In this document: positions 14,683-26,458 of the stretch, piece after piece
How positions within the stretch are numbered: position 1 is the first letter of the stretch
How the letters are laid out: every line of letters begins with the position of its first letter
Source of the DNA: Octopus vulgaris
Lineage: Eukaryota
Direction of reading: 5' to 3'
Assembly (NCBI GenBank): GCA_951406725.2
Contig: OX597816.1
Coordinates: 36,146,001 to 36,210,000 of the forward strand
Length of the DNA: 64,000 bases
Translations under genes and position numbers: made by a program
Notes under the pieces: generated by a model
The model's input: only the letters and a program-made list of their open reading frames with translations
Database searches by the model: none
What the model was told of the DNA's origin: nothing

Positions 14683-14899
14683 TACTCTTTACTCTTTACT
14701 CTTTTACTTGTTTCAGTCAGTTGACTGCGGCCATGCTGGAGCACCGCCTTTAGTCGAGCAACTCGACCCTGGGACTTATTCTTTGTAAGCCCAGTACTTA
14801 TTCTATCGGTCTCTTTTGCCGAACCGCTAAGTGACGGGGACGTAAACACACCAGCATCGGTTGTCGAGCAATGCTAGGGGGACAAACACAGACACACAA

Positions 14900-14969
<70 letters not shown>

Positions 14970-15130
14970 GACAGGCTTCTTTCAGTTTCCGTCTACCAAA
15001 TCCACTCACAAGGCATTGGTCGGTCCGGGGCTATAGCAGAAGACACTTGCCCAAGATACCACGCAGTGGGACTGAACCCGGAACCATGCGGTTGGTAAGC
15101 AAGCTACTTACCACACAGCCACTCCTGCGC
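14683..15130 (-). mobile_element. SINE family A, near full length
   Basis: Reverse complement of the 377-797 family sequence. Confidence 0.9.
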
Positions 15131-16555
15131 TTATGTGCTAATTTTCTGTCAGAAATTTGCTATTACTTCAAAATTCGGCCACTTGCCCGTAATTCTACCT
15201 CCCGCTATTTCACATTTATATTCAATATCTTAAAAATATAGCTTATCTTTTTATTATCAGTCATGTGTGCGGCAGAATATTTGTCATCTAATTCGATTAT
15301 TTATAATGTAGTTACTCATTCGAAATCTGATACATTTAAACCCAATAGTATAACGACTCTATCAAGAATTGCTCTAATAGTTCAAAATGAAATCAATTTT
15401 TTGGGATGTAGTTACAATATAACCTAATTAATAACATCGTGTAAACTATTTAAAACTTGAGAGATGAGTGGCGATCCTATTATCAAGTATAATAGTATTA
15501 CATCTAGCAAGAGACCGCAACATGAATAACTACCACGTGACTCCTGCTATGGGAATATCATGTTTTATGTGTTCAATTGAATAGTAATATTGAATCAAGT
15601 TTCAATGATCGGTAGTGAAAATTGGAATTTAGAATATCTTGAAGGAAATAAAAGAGATGACGGAGCGTCTTTGTTTTCATGACACTCAGTCCCAACACAC
15701 TGTTCGATACCGTGCTAATTCTCACTGACATGGCCTTTTCAAATCAATATTGTTTACAGGACAGTTAGAACTTTACAGGCAAAGTTCTGTAAAAGTGTTA
15801 GTTATTCTTTTTGTTTTAAGTGTGTTTCTATCAATAACAATTCTATTTTGGGCATTCATTAGACAACGTTGATAACTCAGGTCTAACATTCATTGACCCT
15901 ACACTAGGGGTTAACATTTAAATATCCACGCTTTGATGTTCAGTCACATTTTGAAATATTGATAACACATCTGTCAGCCAGTAACATTTTGATAAGTTTT
16001 AATACGTCCTATTTAAATATTTTTTTCAAATGGTAGAGATAAGATAAATACTGCAATTTTATGTTGGTTGCTTGGATACTTATGCGTGGATGTGTGCGCA
16101 CGCGCACTCGAAAATGGAGAATGAGAGGAAGGAAAAATCATCGAAATACATGAAATGGAGATTATCAAACATTACTGTAGATGCAATTATTTTAATTAAT
16201 CTATTATTATTTTAAACACACGAGCGTCTAGAAGCAATGGCGCCACATATTCACGATAATATTTTTCGTTGTTCATACAATACGGTGTGACAAATGTAAT
16301 ATATATTATTACAAGCAATTTCCAGAATAGTGGAACAGGCACACATACATTAACATGCATACAGACATCATGTAGAATAGATTCCTTAACTGCACTTTAG
16401 AAAATAGACTGAAATCTTTTTAGCATTAAATATATCGTTCACTTATATACGGGATTATTAGGCGAAAATTAAAAGTGAGGATGCAGGATAAGTAGGTGGG
16501 GTAGATATTATGGGGGTGAGGTCATGCTCTTTCAAAAGCACAAATTTTCTTCAAA

Positions 16556-16886
16556 CTCTTTTGTTACTCTTTTACTCTTTTACTTGTTTCAGTCATTTGA
16601 TTATGGCCATGCTGGAGCACCGCCTTTAGTCGAGCAAATCGACCCCAGAACTTATTCTTTGTTAGCCTAGTACTTATTCTATCGGACCCTCAGCCGCATC
16701 GCTAAGTTACGGTGACGTAAACACACCAGCATCGGTTGTCAAACGATGTTGGTTGGGGGGACAAACACAGACACACACCCATGCATATATATACGACGGG
16801 TTTCTTTCAGTTTCCGTCTACAAAATCCACTCACAAGGCTTTGGTCGGCCCGAGGCTATAGTAGAAGACACTTGCCCAAGGTGCCT
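16556..16886 (-). mobile_element. SINE family A, head truncated
   Basis: Family match ends at CCCAAGGTGCC. Confidence 0.85.
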
Positions 16887-17725
16887 TTTCAGTTAAATAA
16901 TGTCGAAAGTCTTGTTGACTCAGCAAATGAAAAGGTACGCTGTAGTCGTTGGATTAAAAGCGTAGTGTAATGATACAGTGATAGCTCGCTTCCCGATCCT
17001 TCGTTTTTCAGTGTTCGAAAGGAGTGGAAAACGAGGAGCCAACATCAGCAGCTAAATGTAAAATGCGTGCACAGAGTTCTAATACCATCAGAACATAGCT
17101 TTGTGGAAAAAGTCCAAAATTATACTCGACAAAATCACCAAAAATTCAATCAGAACCATCGAAAATAACTGCAAGGTTTTAGGATGCACCACCAGGACGG
17201 TTGTGCAGGAGGTCAACCGCTATAAGTCTTATATTATGCTAACGGCTCAGATTATGCCGGATGGGACAAGAGAGAATCATTCGATCCGCGCAAAGCGTTT
17301 TCAGAACAATTCAAAACATCGAGAACCTGGAATGCTTCGTTTTTCTCCGATAAGGCAAAACTTCGATCAGAAACTGGTAAACCGTAAGAACGACAAATGG
17401 TTAAACGGCGACCCGAATGAGACTCCAACAGTAACGCGTACTAAGTACTCTGCAACTGTGATAGTTCTGAGAAGAAAGTTTTCATCCCTCCTCACTTTTT
17501 CACTGTGCTTAAGAGCCAATGCCATTGTAGACACAGTAGTTGGAGAAACTTATGAGGCTCCGGATACACAAAGTGCACAACGGTAGATAATATGTCTTCC
17601 AACAAGACTCTGCACCGTCTCATAAGTCTAAAAGAACCGAAGCTTGCATGCGCACCAATCCCTATGATTATGTTCTCCCAGACATCACTTCCGAGCTCAC
17701 CAGACCTCAATCAAAAACTAAACTA

Positions 17726-18997
17726 TCAGGTCATCCCATAAGTGCTGTCCAATTTTACCTGTTTCTAAAAAATTGAATGAAATTTAATAGTATTTTAGAA
17801 TGTCTAATTGAATTAAAGATTATTTTTATTCATTTGTGTTTATTTAAACTAATTAAATATTATTTTACAGAATAATAAAATTAAAATTTCTTTGATCAAA
17901 AACCCTTTCTAACATGGAAGTATCCAAAGAGCATTTAAGGCACATAATGATTTATGAGTACAAAAAAGGAAACTCTGCAGCCCAAGCGACTCTATAACTT
18001 ACGTTCAGCTTATGGGAAAGAATGCTTGAATGAAGGGACTTGCAGAAGATAGTTTACAAATTTCAAAAGTGGAGACTTCAGCCTTGAAGATGAAGATCGA
18101 ACAGGACGTCCAGTTGAGTTTGATGATAAGATATGTGAGACATAACTTGAAGAAAATCCTGCATTATCAGTTGAATAATTAGCAATAAAACTTAGTTCAA
18201 ACCAGACAACAGTTCATCGTCACCTTCAACAACTTGGAAAGGTCCCTAAACTTGGAAAATGGGTGCCTCATGTTGGAAAGTAAATGCAAATCCCGAGTTG
18301 ACATCTGCTATTCCCTGTATTCTCGCGAAATCATTTTCACCTTTTTCGGATAGACTTGTGACTGGTGACGAAAAATGGATCTTCTATCAAAATGTTAAAC
18401 GTCGTAAACAGTGGCTGGGTAAAAAGGAAAAATCGCAACCACAAACGAGGAGGGAACTTCATGGGAAAAAGTTTCTTCTCTCTATCTGCTGTGATTACAA
18501 AGGAGTAATTCACCTTGAATTGTTACCACATAATGCAACAATCAAAGCAATTAGAGCGTTTGAACTAAGCTTTGAAGGACAAAAGACCCGCTTTAGTGAA
18601 TCGGAAAGGAATGATGTTTCTTCAGGACAATGCGTGACCCCACACTGCAAAGATCACATCAAAGAAGATCGAAGAACTTGGTTGGGAAAAAATTCCTTCC
18701 CCACCCTATTCTCCCGACCTTGCTCCTTCAGACTACGATTTGTTTCGTAGTTTACAGAATCATTTGGGCGACATAACTTTTGCAAGCCAGGAGGAGATAG
18801 AAACTGACGTTTCAGAGTTCTTCGCTTTGAAGCCAAAAGGGTTTTACATTGATGAGATTAAAAAGCTTGTAAATAGATGGAAGGAAGTCATGGACAATCA
18901 GGGAAAGTACATTGATGATTGCATTTCAATTAAATATAACATTTGATCACTTGTTTTCGTTATTCAAAATTCGGACAGAACTTATGGGATGACCTGA
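17726..18997 (+). mobile_element. Mariner (DD34D) transposon, full length, 1272 bp, defective
   Basis: TIRs TCAGGTCATCCCATAAGTGCTGTCC / GGACAGAACTTATGGGATGACCTGA; TA target duplication at 17724-17725 and 18998-18999. Confidence 0.95.
17914..18946 (+). pseudogene. Mariner transposase pseudogene
   Basis: MEVSKEHLRH start; WVPH, TGDEKWIFY, LQDNA, YSPDLAPSDY motifs; stops and frameshifts. Confidence 0.9.
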
Positions 18998-20174
18998 TAT
19001 TACATTTGGAAGATAGTCGATAGACAAGTCACTCATTACTCCCATTACACCAAGCAAACTTTCAAGTCCGTCTTAACGAACACTTTGTCGAAAATTAACC
19101 AAGATCCTAGGATTTGGCTATGTTAGGGCTTCCACCACGGTATTAAAGCGCCCATGGATGCTAACGGTAGATTCATTGAGCAAGTGGGATAAAAAGATTC
19201 TATAGATTTTTTTCTACTGATTGGTGTTCGAATGTAGTTTTTCTTTGATGACCTATGAGTTTTTTTTCTAAATTCATACAAATGACCACCAACACTAATA
19301 TACTCTGCATATATGTGTGTGTTTTTGCTTGTGTGTGCGTGTCTTTGTGTTTGTGTGTGTGCTTGTATAAGTGCATGTGTATGTGTATATGTGTGTGCTT
19401 GTATAAGTGTATGTGTGTGTGTATATGTGTGTTCAGTTAGCGCATGCACTAATATGTGCGTGCCTGTTTGTGTACATGGGGAGAAGGTATCGAGATAAGA
19501 AAGACAAAGGAGGAACAATAAGAGAGAGAGAGAGAGAGTGAAAGACGGATGGACGGTGACAGACAGACAGACAGGAGAGAGAGATCAAGATGTTAACTCC
19601 AATCCATCACGGCCTGAACACTTGTATTCTTATATCTTTTGCATAAATAGCACATCGCTGTAACAAAATATCAGAAGTAACATATTGCAAAAATCATAAT
19701 TTCAAGACGTTAAATCGATTTTTTTGCTATCATTGCGACAACATTAACAAAGGTAATTTACATATTGACAATGAATAATATGCTGTAGGGGTTATTGGTT
19801 TAACTACAAACAACCAAAACACACCCTGCAGCTAAAATTTTAATACTATTTGTTAGTGATGATAGCGTCACCATTCTTGTGTTTTGTTAACTATAAATAA
19901 ATCCATTAGCGCAATGTAGTTCTATTCCATTACTTTAGAATAGAAAAAACAGTGACATTTTAATGTTGATTTTGCTTATAAGAGAGAGAAAGTGCATGTT
20001 CTTTATATAATTTTTAAATGTTACCTTGAAAACAGAAGAAAAATTGCTATTTAGCCAGACAACAACATTACTGGCATTGTCTTTCAAAACATTAACCTGA
20101 AATGTTACATCTGTACCGCATGCATATAAATAAATGCTTGTGTGTGTGAGTGTGTATATGCATGTGTGTATTAA

Positions 20175-20184
<10 letters not shown>

Positions 20185-20235
<51 letters not shown>

Positions 20236-20248
20236 TATATACATATAT

Positions 20249-20338
<90 letters not shown>

Positions 20339-20406
20339 ATATTTCGGAATGGTCATATTGCCAGTTTAGCCAATAAAAAATCTTGCACAACAAATATTTA
20401 AACGTA

Positions 20407-20442
<36 letters not shown>

Positions 20443-20443
20443 C

Positions 20444-20486
<43 letters not shown>

Positions 20487-20556
20487 CAAATATATATATA
20501 TACATACATATATATATATATATACATATACATACATACATATGCACACACATATG

Positions 20557-20617
<61 letters not shown>
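20185..20617. repeat. Long (TA)n/(TACA) compound microsatellite, two blocks
   Basis: Direct reading. Confidence 0.95.
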
Positions 20618-20621
<4 letters not shown>

Positions 20622-21096
20622 GAAGGCAAGTGAAGGAAAAACGAAAAAACAAGCAGGTATATTAATGCTCGGGAAGAATGGAAAAGGTTTGGAGCATACT
20701 CTCTTTGACGTCAAGGAATGAAAGGGGAGAAAAAACGTAGAGTGCGAAAACAAATGGAGAGAAAAAAATTGTGTAGCGATTGAAGGTTCAAAATGAATAT
20801 ATAAGAATATATCAGAAAAAGGGATGACAGGAAAAACAATAGTTTTGTTAGGAACTTCATTAGCTTAGAGCTATTTTTGCTATTAGATACAGTGCTGACG
20901 TATTTGAGTGCCTGAATAACGTCGAACAACTTCAGCGGGATTGTGAATGTGAAGTGCAATTTGAGAAAAAAACGAATTACATTTGTGCTATTTAGAGGGA
21001 AGACACTACCAGTGAGAAAGTCATCACTGATGTATTTACAAAAATGTATATCCAAAAGGGCTTTAGATTTACTAGTAGAAACTCTAGAAAAAAATA

Positions 21097-21485
21097 ATGT
21101 GGCTGTATGGTAAGTAACTTGCTTACCAGCCACGTGGTTCTGGGTTCCGTCCCACGGCGTGATACCTTGGGAAAGTGTATTCAACTATAGCCTCGGGCCA
21201 ACCAAAGCCTTGTGAGTGGATTTCGTAGACAGAAACTGAAAAGAAGTCCGTCGTATATATGTTTGTATATATGTGTGTGTGTGTTTGTCCCCCTCCCCAC
21301 AACATCGCTTGGCCACCGATGCTGGTGTGTTTACGTCCCCGTAACTTAGCGGTTCGGCAAAATAGACTGAGAATAGGTACTAGGCTTAGAAAGAATACGT
21401 CCTGGGGTAGATTTGCTCGACTAAAGGCGGTGCTCCAGCATGGTCACAATCAAATAGCTGAAACAAGTAAAAGAGAAAAAGAGTA
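21097..21485 (+). mobile_element. SINE family A
   Basis: Family match. Confidence 0.88.
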
Positions 21486-21563
21486 TATGTACATAACACA
21501 TGCGCACGCACTCGGAAAACTCGGTAAACACGCGGAGTGGCTATTAGTCATGCAATGTCTAAG

Positions 21564-21671
<108 letters not shown>

Positions 21672-21886
21672 ACGAAGAGACACATATTAATTGTCTTTTA
21701 ATTATATGTTAATATTATGGCGCGGTCTCTAAAAGATAACTGGAATAAAATAACAAGGTAAAATTCTGTATTTTTCGTTCATTTTGAAGATTGCCCTTAA
21801 ATGTGGTTTTGTTCGTTTTGACTACTTCTAGCGTCAAAAAACTGCCTACTGATTGCAGTTTTCGTTTGGGTTTAAATATATATATA

Positions 21887-22484
21887 GTGAAGACTATTTG
21901 CCACTTAAATGTGGCTAACCCCTAAGAGTGAATTCTACTCTAGCTTGTTTTCCCAGCTGGCTTGTTCCTCCAGTTGGCTATTGACACGCTTTCCGTGCCC
22001 TATCAGTATTTGCAAAGGGAAATCTGACATAATACACTCGGACTCGAGTTTCTGGGTATTGACCCGTCATTAGCGTGTGACAATCACCGATTTCCAATGA
22101 AAAGCGGGTGCCCTTTGCAAATATATATCCTTTTTCCAATATCGAAAACGTGTAAACAAGCAATAATAAATCTCTATGCGAGGTATAAACGGTAGCTACA
22201 CGACGTCGTAAAGTATATTTGCTACTTAAATGCGGCTAACCCTTAAGGGTTGGTGGTGCTGTAGCTTGTAGTCCCAGGAGGACACTTCCTCCAGCTGGCT
22301 ATTGACACACTTTCTGTGCCCTATCAGTATTTGCAAAGAGAAGCCATCCTTCCCATCTCCGATCTGACATGATTCACACGGACACGAGTTTCTGGTTTAG
22401 CCACATTTAAGTGTTAGCCACATTTAAGTGGCAAATATATTTCACGATGTCATGCAGCTACTATTTATACCTCGCTCAGAGATT

Positions 22485-22490
<6 letters not shown>
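21887..22490 (+). repeat. Non-coding about 321-bp tandem unit (about 1.6 copies) plus inverted terminal segment, between (TA)n tracts
   Basis: 21895-22055 similar to 22216-22395; 22397-22488 is the reverse complement of about 22165-22240. Confidence 0.85.
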
Positions 22491-22540
<50 letters not shown>

Positions 22541-22543
<3 letters not shown>

Positions 22544-22703
22544 CGCAGAAGTGGCTGTGTGGTAAGTAGCTTGCTTACCAACCATATGATTCCGGGTTCA
22601 GTCACACTGTGTGGAATCTTGGTCATGTGTCTTCTGCTATAGCCCCGGGCCGATCAATGCCTTGTGAGTGGATTTGGTAGACGGCAACTGAAAGAAGCCT
22701 GTC

Positions 22704-22755
<52 letters not shown>

Positions 22756-22807
22756 GTGTGTATGTGTGTATGTGTGTGTGTGTGTGCATATGTTTGTGTG
22801 TCTGTCG

Positions 22808-22865
<58 letters not shown>

Positions 22866-23050
22866 TGTGTGTCTGTGTTTGTCTCCCTAGCATAGCTGGT
22901 GTGTTTACGTTCCTGTCACTTAGCAGTTCGGCAAAAGAGACCGATAGAATACGTACTGGGCTTACAAAGAATAATTCCTGGGAGCGATTTGCTCGACTAA
23001 AGGCGGTGCTCCAGCATGGCCGCAGTTAAATGACTGAAAAAGTATAAAAG
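22541..23050 (+). mobile_element. SINE family A with expanded internal microsatellite
   Basis: Family match. Confidence 0.88.
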
Positions 23051-23089
23051 AAAGAGAGAAAAAAAATATATATATGTATGTATGTATAC

Positions 23090-23710
<621 letters not shown>

Positions 23711-23712
23711 GG

Positions 23713-24080
23713 AAAATGGAGTTTGCAAGAATCCTTATTCAACACAACGGTTGTTTTCGACCCATCAGGTAGGATATTGTGCAGCTAGTTGTGCTGCATC
23801 CACAATGCAGAATGCGACTCATCAGGCGTCTCATTTTAAATAAGTTACTTCACTACATAATTAATATCCTACCCGCAAGGGATAGAAGCATAATGGGTCG
23901 AAACGACCGTTGCGTAGAAAAATCTTTCTTGCAAACTCCATTTCTTATTTCCGTCATTCCTTATAAAATCAACGAACATTGAGGAGTTCCTGACGTAGAT
24001 CCAGTGAGATTTATATCATAACTGTGAATTACACTGGGGAGCGTAAACAAACCATATAACGAAAGGTCCAAATAATTACT
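23713..24080. mobile_element. Inverted-duplicated PLE-type terminal fragment with degenerate hammerhead
   Basis: Arms 23713-23778 and 23864-23943 are inverted copies; minus strand reads ACGC-CTGATGA...GGGTC-GAAAAC-AACC-GTT-GTGT at 23829->23742. Confidence 0.6.
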
Positions 24081-24131
24081 TATACAAGCGTGTATGTATT
24101 AAGTATGTATGTGTGTATGTATGTATGTATG

Positions 24132-24223
<92 letters not shown>

Positions 24224-24226
24224 CTT

Positions 24227-24874
24227 CGGTCGCAACTGCGGTAAGTACGAAATCACAGATGATACAAGACTAAATTCATTTTTTAAATGTCTTGCTTTGA
24301 AAAATTGCATTGGGTATGATTAGTAAAATTCTTTGGTAGAAATGACTAATGTCCCTCTTAGCGTGTGGCATGTATGTGTAATAATGCCCTCTATATATAA
24401 ATTAATATGTTCAATAAGAAAGAATTATTTTCGAAATGTTTCTCTTATGAGGTTTTTCACGCTATCTACCTGATAATTTCTTGTTAAGATTCCTTATTAA
24501 TAGGTTATCCTAAATTGTTAAATAATTTTATTCCGAAAAAACTTTTCATCCGAAATGCAATTCGAAGAAGCCTGCCATTTACCGGATGTATTATATGTAA
24601 ACTTCCCCATGTGCTTCGTTGGAGTAGAACAGATAGCTGTTCGGCTTTGACGGTGCGAGGTCGTTTATTTATGATATGTTCAGAATCAGTCTTGCTGATG
24701 AGTACGGTCGCAACTGCGGTAAGTACGAAATCACAGGTGATACAAGACTAAATTCATTTTTTAAATGTCTTGCTTTGAAAAATTGCATTGGGTATGGTTA
24801 GTAAAATTTTTTGGTAGAAATGACTAATGTCCCTCTTAGCGTGTGGCATGTATGTGTAATAATGCCCTCTATAT

Positions 24875-24882
<8 letters not shown>
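24227..24882 (+). mobile_element. Retrozyme-like non-coding element: 478-nt unit with 178-bp direct terminal repeat, inserted in (TA)n
   Basis: 24227-24404 repeated at 24705-24882 (period 478); no meaningful ORF; contains an intact HHR. Confidence 0.8.
24683..24755 (+). ncRNA. Type I hammerhead ribozyme (canonical core)
   Basis: Stem I AGTCTTG(24688)/CAAGACT(24749) extended by GAAT/ATTC; CTGATGA 24695-24701; stem II GTAC/GTAC; GAAA 24727-24730; stem III ATCAC/GTGAT; predicted cleavage after AUA at 24742. Confidence 0.88.
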
Positions 24883-24927
<45 letters not shown>

Positions 24928-24933
<6 letters not shown>

Positions 24934-25133
24934 ATTCGTTAGCTACTGCACGCATTTTTTTCTCTCCTTCTTTCTGTGTTTTTCTCTCTCTGTGTATCTT
25001 TCTGTTGAAGAGCGTAGGCTCGAAACGTTAAAGACTTGTTTTATTTATATTTCCTGAGCGCCATACTAATACAATTGTTCGTTTGTTTTCCACCTGCCTT
25101 CGTATTTTGTTTATTTTCATAAAGCTTCCCGTT
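24928..25133 (+). mobile_element. Solo PLE 3'-terminal repeat, same family as 32683-32885
   Basis: Near-identical to the last about 200 bp of the PLE at 30903-32885; (TA)n on both sides. Confidence 0.9.
24997..25034 (+). ncRNA. Minimal PLE-type hammerhead, CUGUUGA variant
   Basis: TCTTT-CTGTTGA-A-GAGC-GTAG-GCTC-GAAA-CG-TT-AAAGA; stems I and II pair; palindromic AACGTT stem III. Confidence 0.65.
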
Positions 25134-25517
25134 ATATATATATATATATGCATGTATGTATATATATATATATATATATATAGATAGATATAGATAGATA
25201 GATAGATATATTGATTCATTCTATATTGATTGAGAATACGCTATAGACGATTTGTTTTGGAGTCTAATAATACCATGTACGCCTATGAAGATTTACAAAC
25301 ATACTTTTCCAGTGATACTCGGTTTACCTACAATTATAAACAATACCGAATGTGATACAAGTCTTTGGTGTAGCAATTGCATGCGGCTGAAGAGGGCTTT
25401 TGAACTATCTGTTATGTCGATCATACATTGATGTAAGCATAAGTTGTTCTATAAAGCTCGAAACATATGTACCGCAACATCCTTTGCGTCCTGTTTTTCA
25501 TTTACTTCATTTGATAC

Positions 25518-25518
<1 letters not shown>

Positions 25519-25548
<30 letters not shown>

Positions 25549-25576
25549 TATAGATAGATAGATAGATAGGTGGGTG

Positions 25577-25652
<76 letters not shown>
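25519..25652 (+). repeat. (GATA)n microsatellite
   Basis: Direct reading. Confidence 0.95.
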
Positions 25653-26282
25653 TGTTATTTATTTTATTTCTTTATTGCCTGAACGCTCGCACGGTTGTAA
25701 TCAGTTAGGTGGTTTCCGTTTATTTATCACCACATAAATTAAATGAAAGTGGTTTTACGAGAGGTTCTGTTCGAGAGTCATTTTACTGTCAACAGATGAG
25801 ATTAGTTTATTGATGTTTCATCTTGGATGTTCTGCTTGTATTGTGTGTCGGTTCCTTGCCATACTGATTACTATGACTAACTTATATCAGTCAAAATCTT
25901 TCTTGCACATATATTATATTCTGATGAAATGATAGAAGTTGCTTCGGCATTCATATATCTGGATTTCTCAGTGGGAAAATTTTTATCATCTCAAGAGTTA
26001 TTATAATTGCTTTGGAGTATGTAAGCTTTGTAAACCTTATGGTATGGTAATCTGCCACCTATGTTGACATAATGCATTAGTGAAATATCCCCCTTCTCGG
26101 CATAAAGATAAGGTTTCTGCTTTGTATGAGAGCTTTATTTAAATACATTGGCTTTATAATAAGTGTCATAGATAATGTGGAATCCACGCTGAGTATGTCT
26201 TCCTTATATTTAGCATTTCATTCATACAAACATTTCTGTTAGATTTTATATCAGCATCATTTTCCTCTATAGAAATGAATAT

Positions 26283-26338
<56 letters not shown>

Positions 26339-26381
26339 AATGAAATGCGTACATACACATACACTCACACACACACACATA

Positions 26382-26458
<77 letters not shown>

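Larger units (their letters stand above)
16890..19305 (+). mobile_element. Degenerate DD37D/maT-like Tc1-mariner element, interrupted by a younger mariner
   Basis: VFQQDSAPSHKSK (~17594), PSSPDLN then (D/N)Y|YIW resuming at 18998 after the nested element; ends approximate. Confidence 0.65.

Noticed and set aside
20618-20760. Possible further PLE terminus with HHR-like GAG-TATG-CTC hairpin on the minus strand
   Set aside because: Core too degenerate (TCAAAGA / CAAA) to call
21900-21930. Resemblance of CCACTTAAAT...TAACCCCTAAG to a pistol ribozyme, or of GTGG-CTAA to an HDV J4/2
   Set aside because: Required upstream P1/pseudoknot partners are absent
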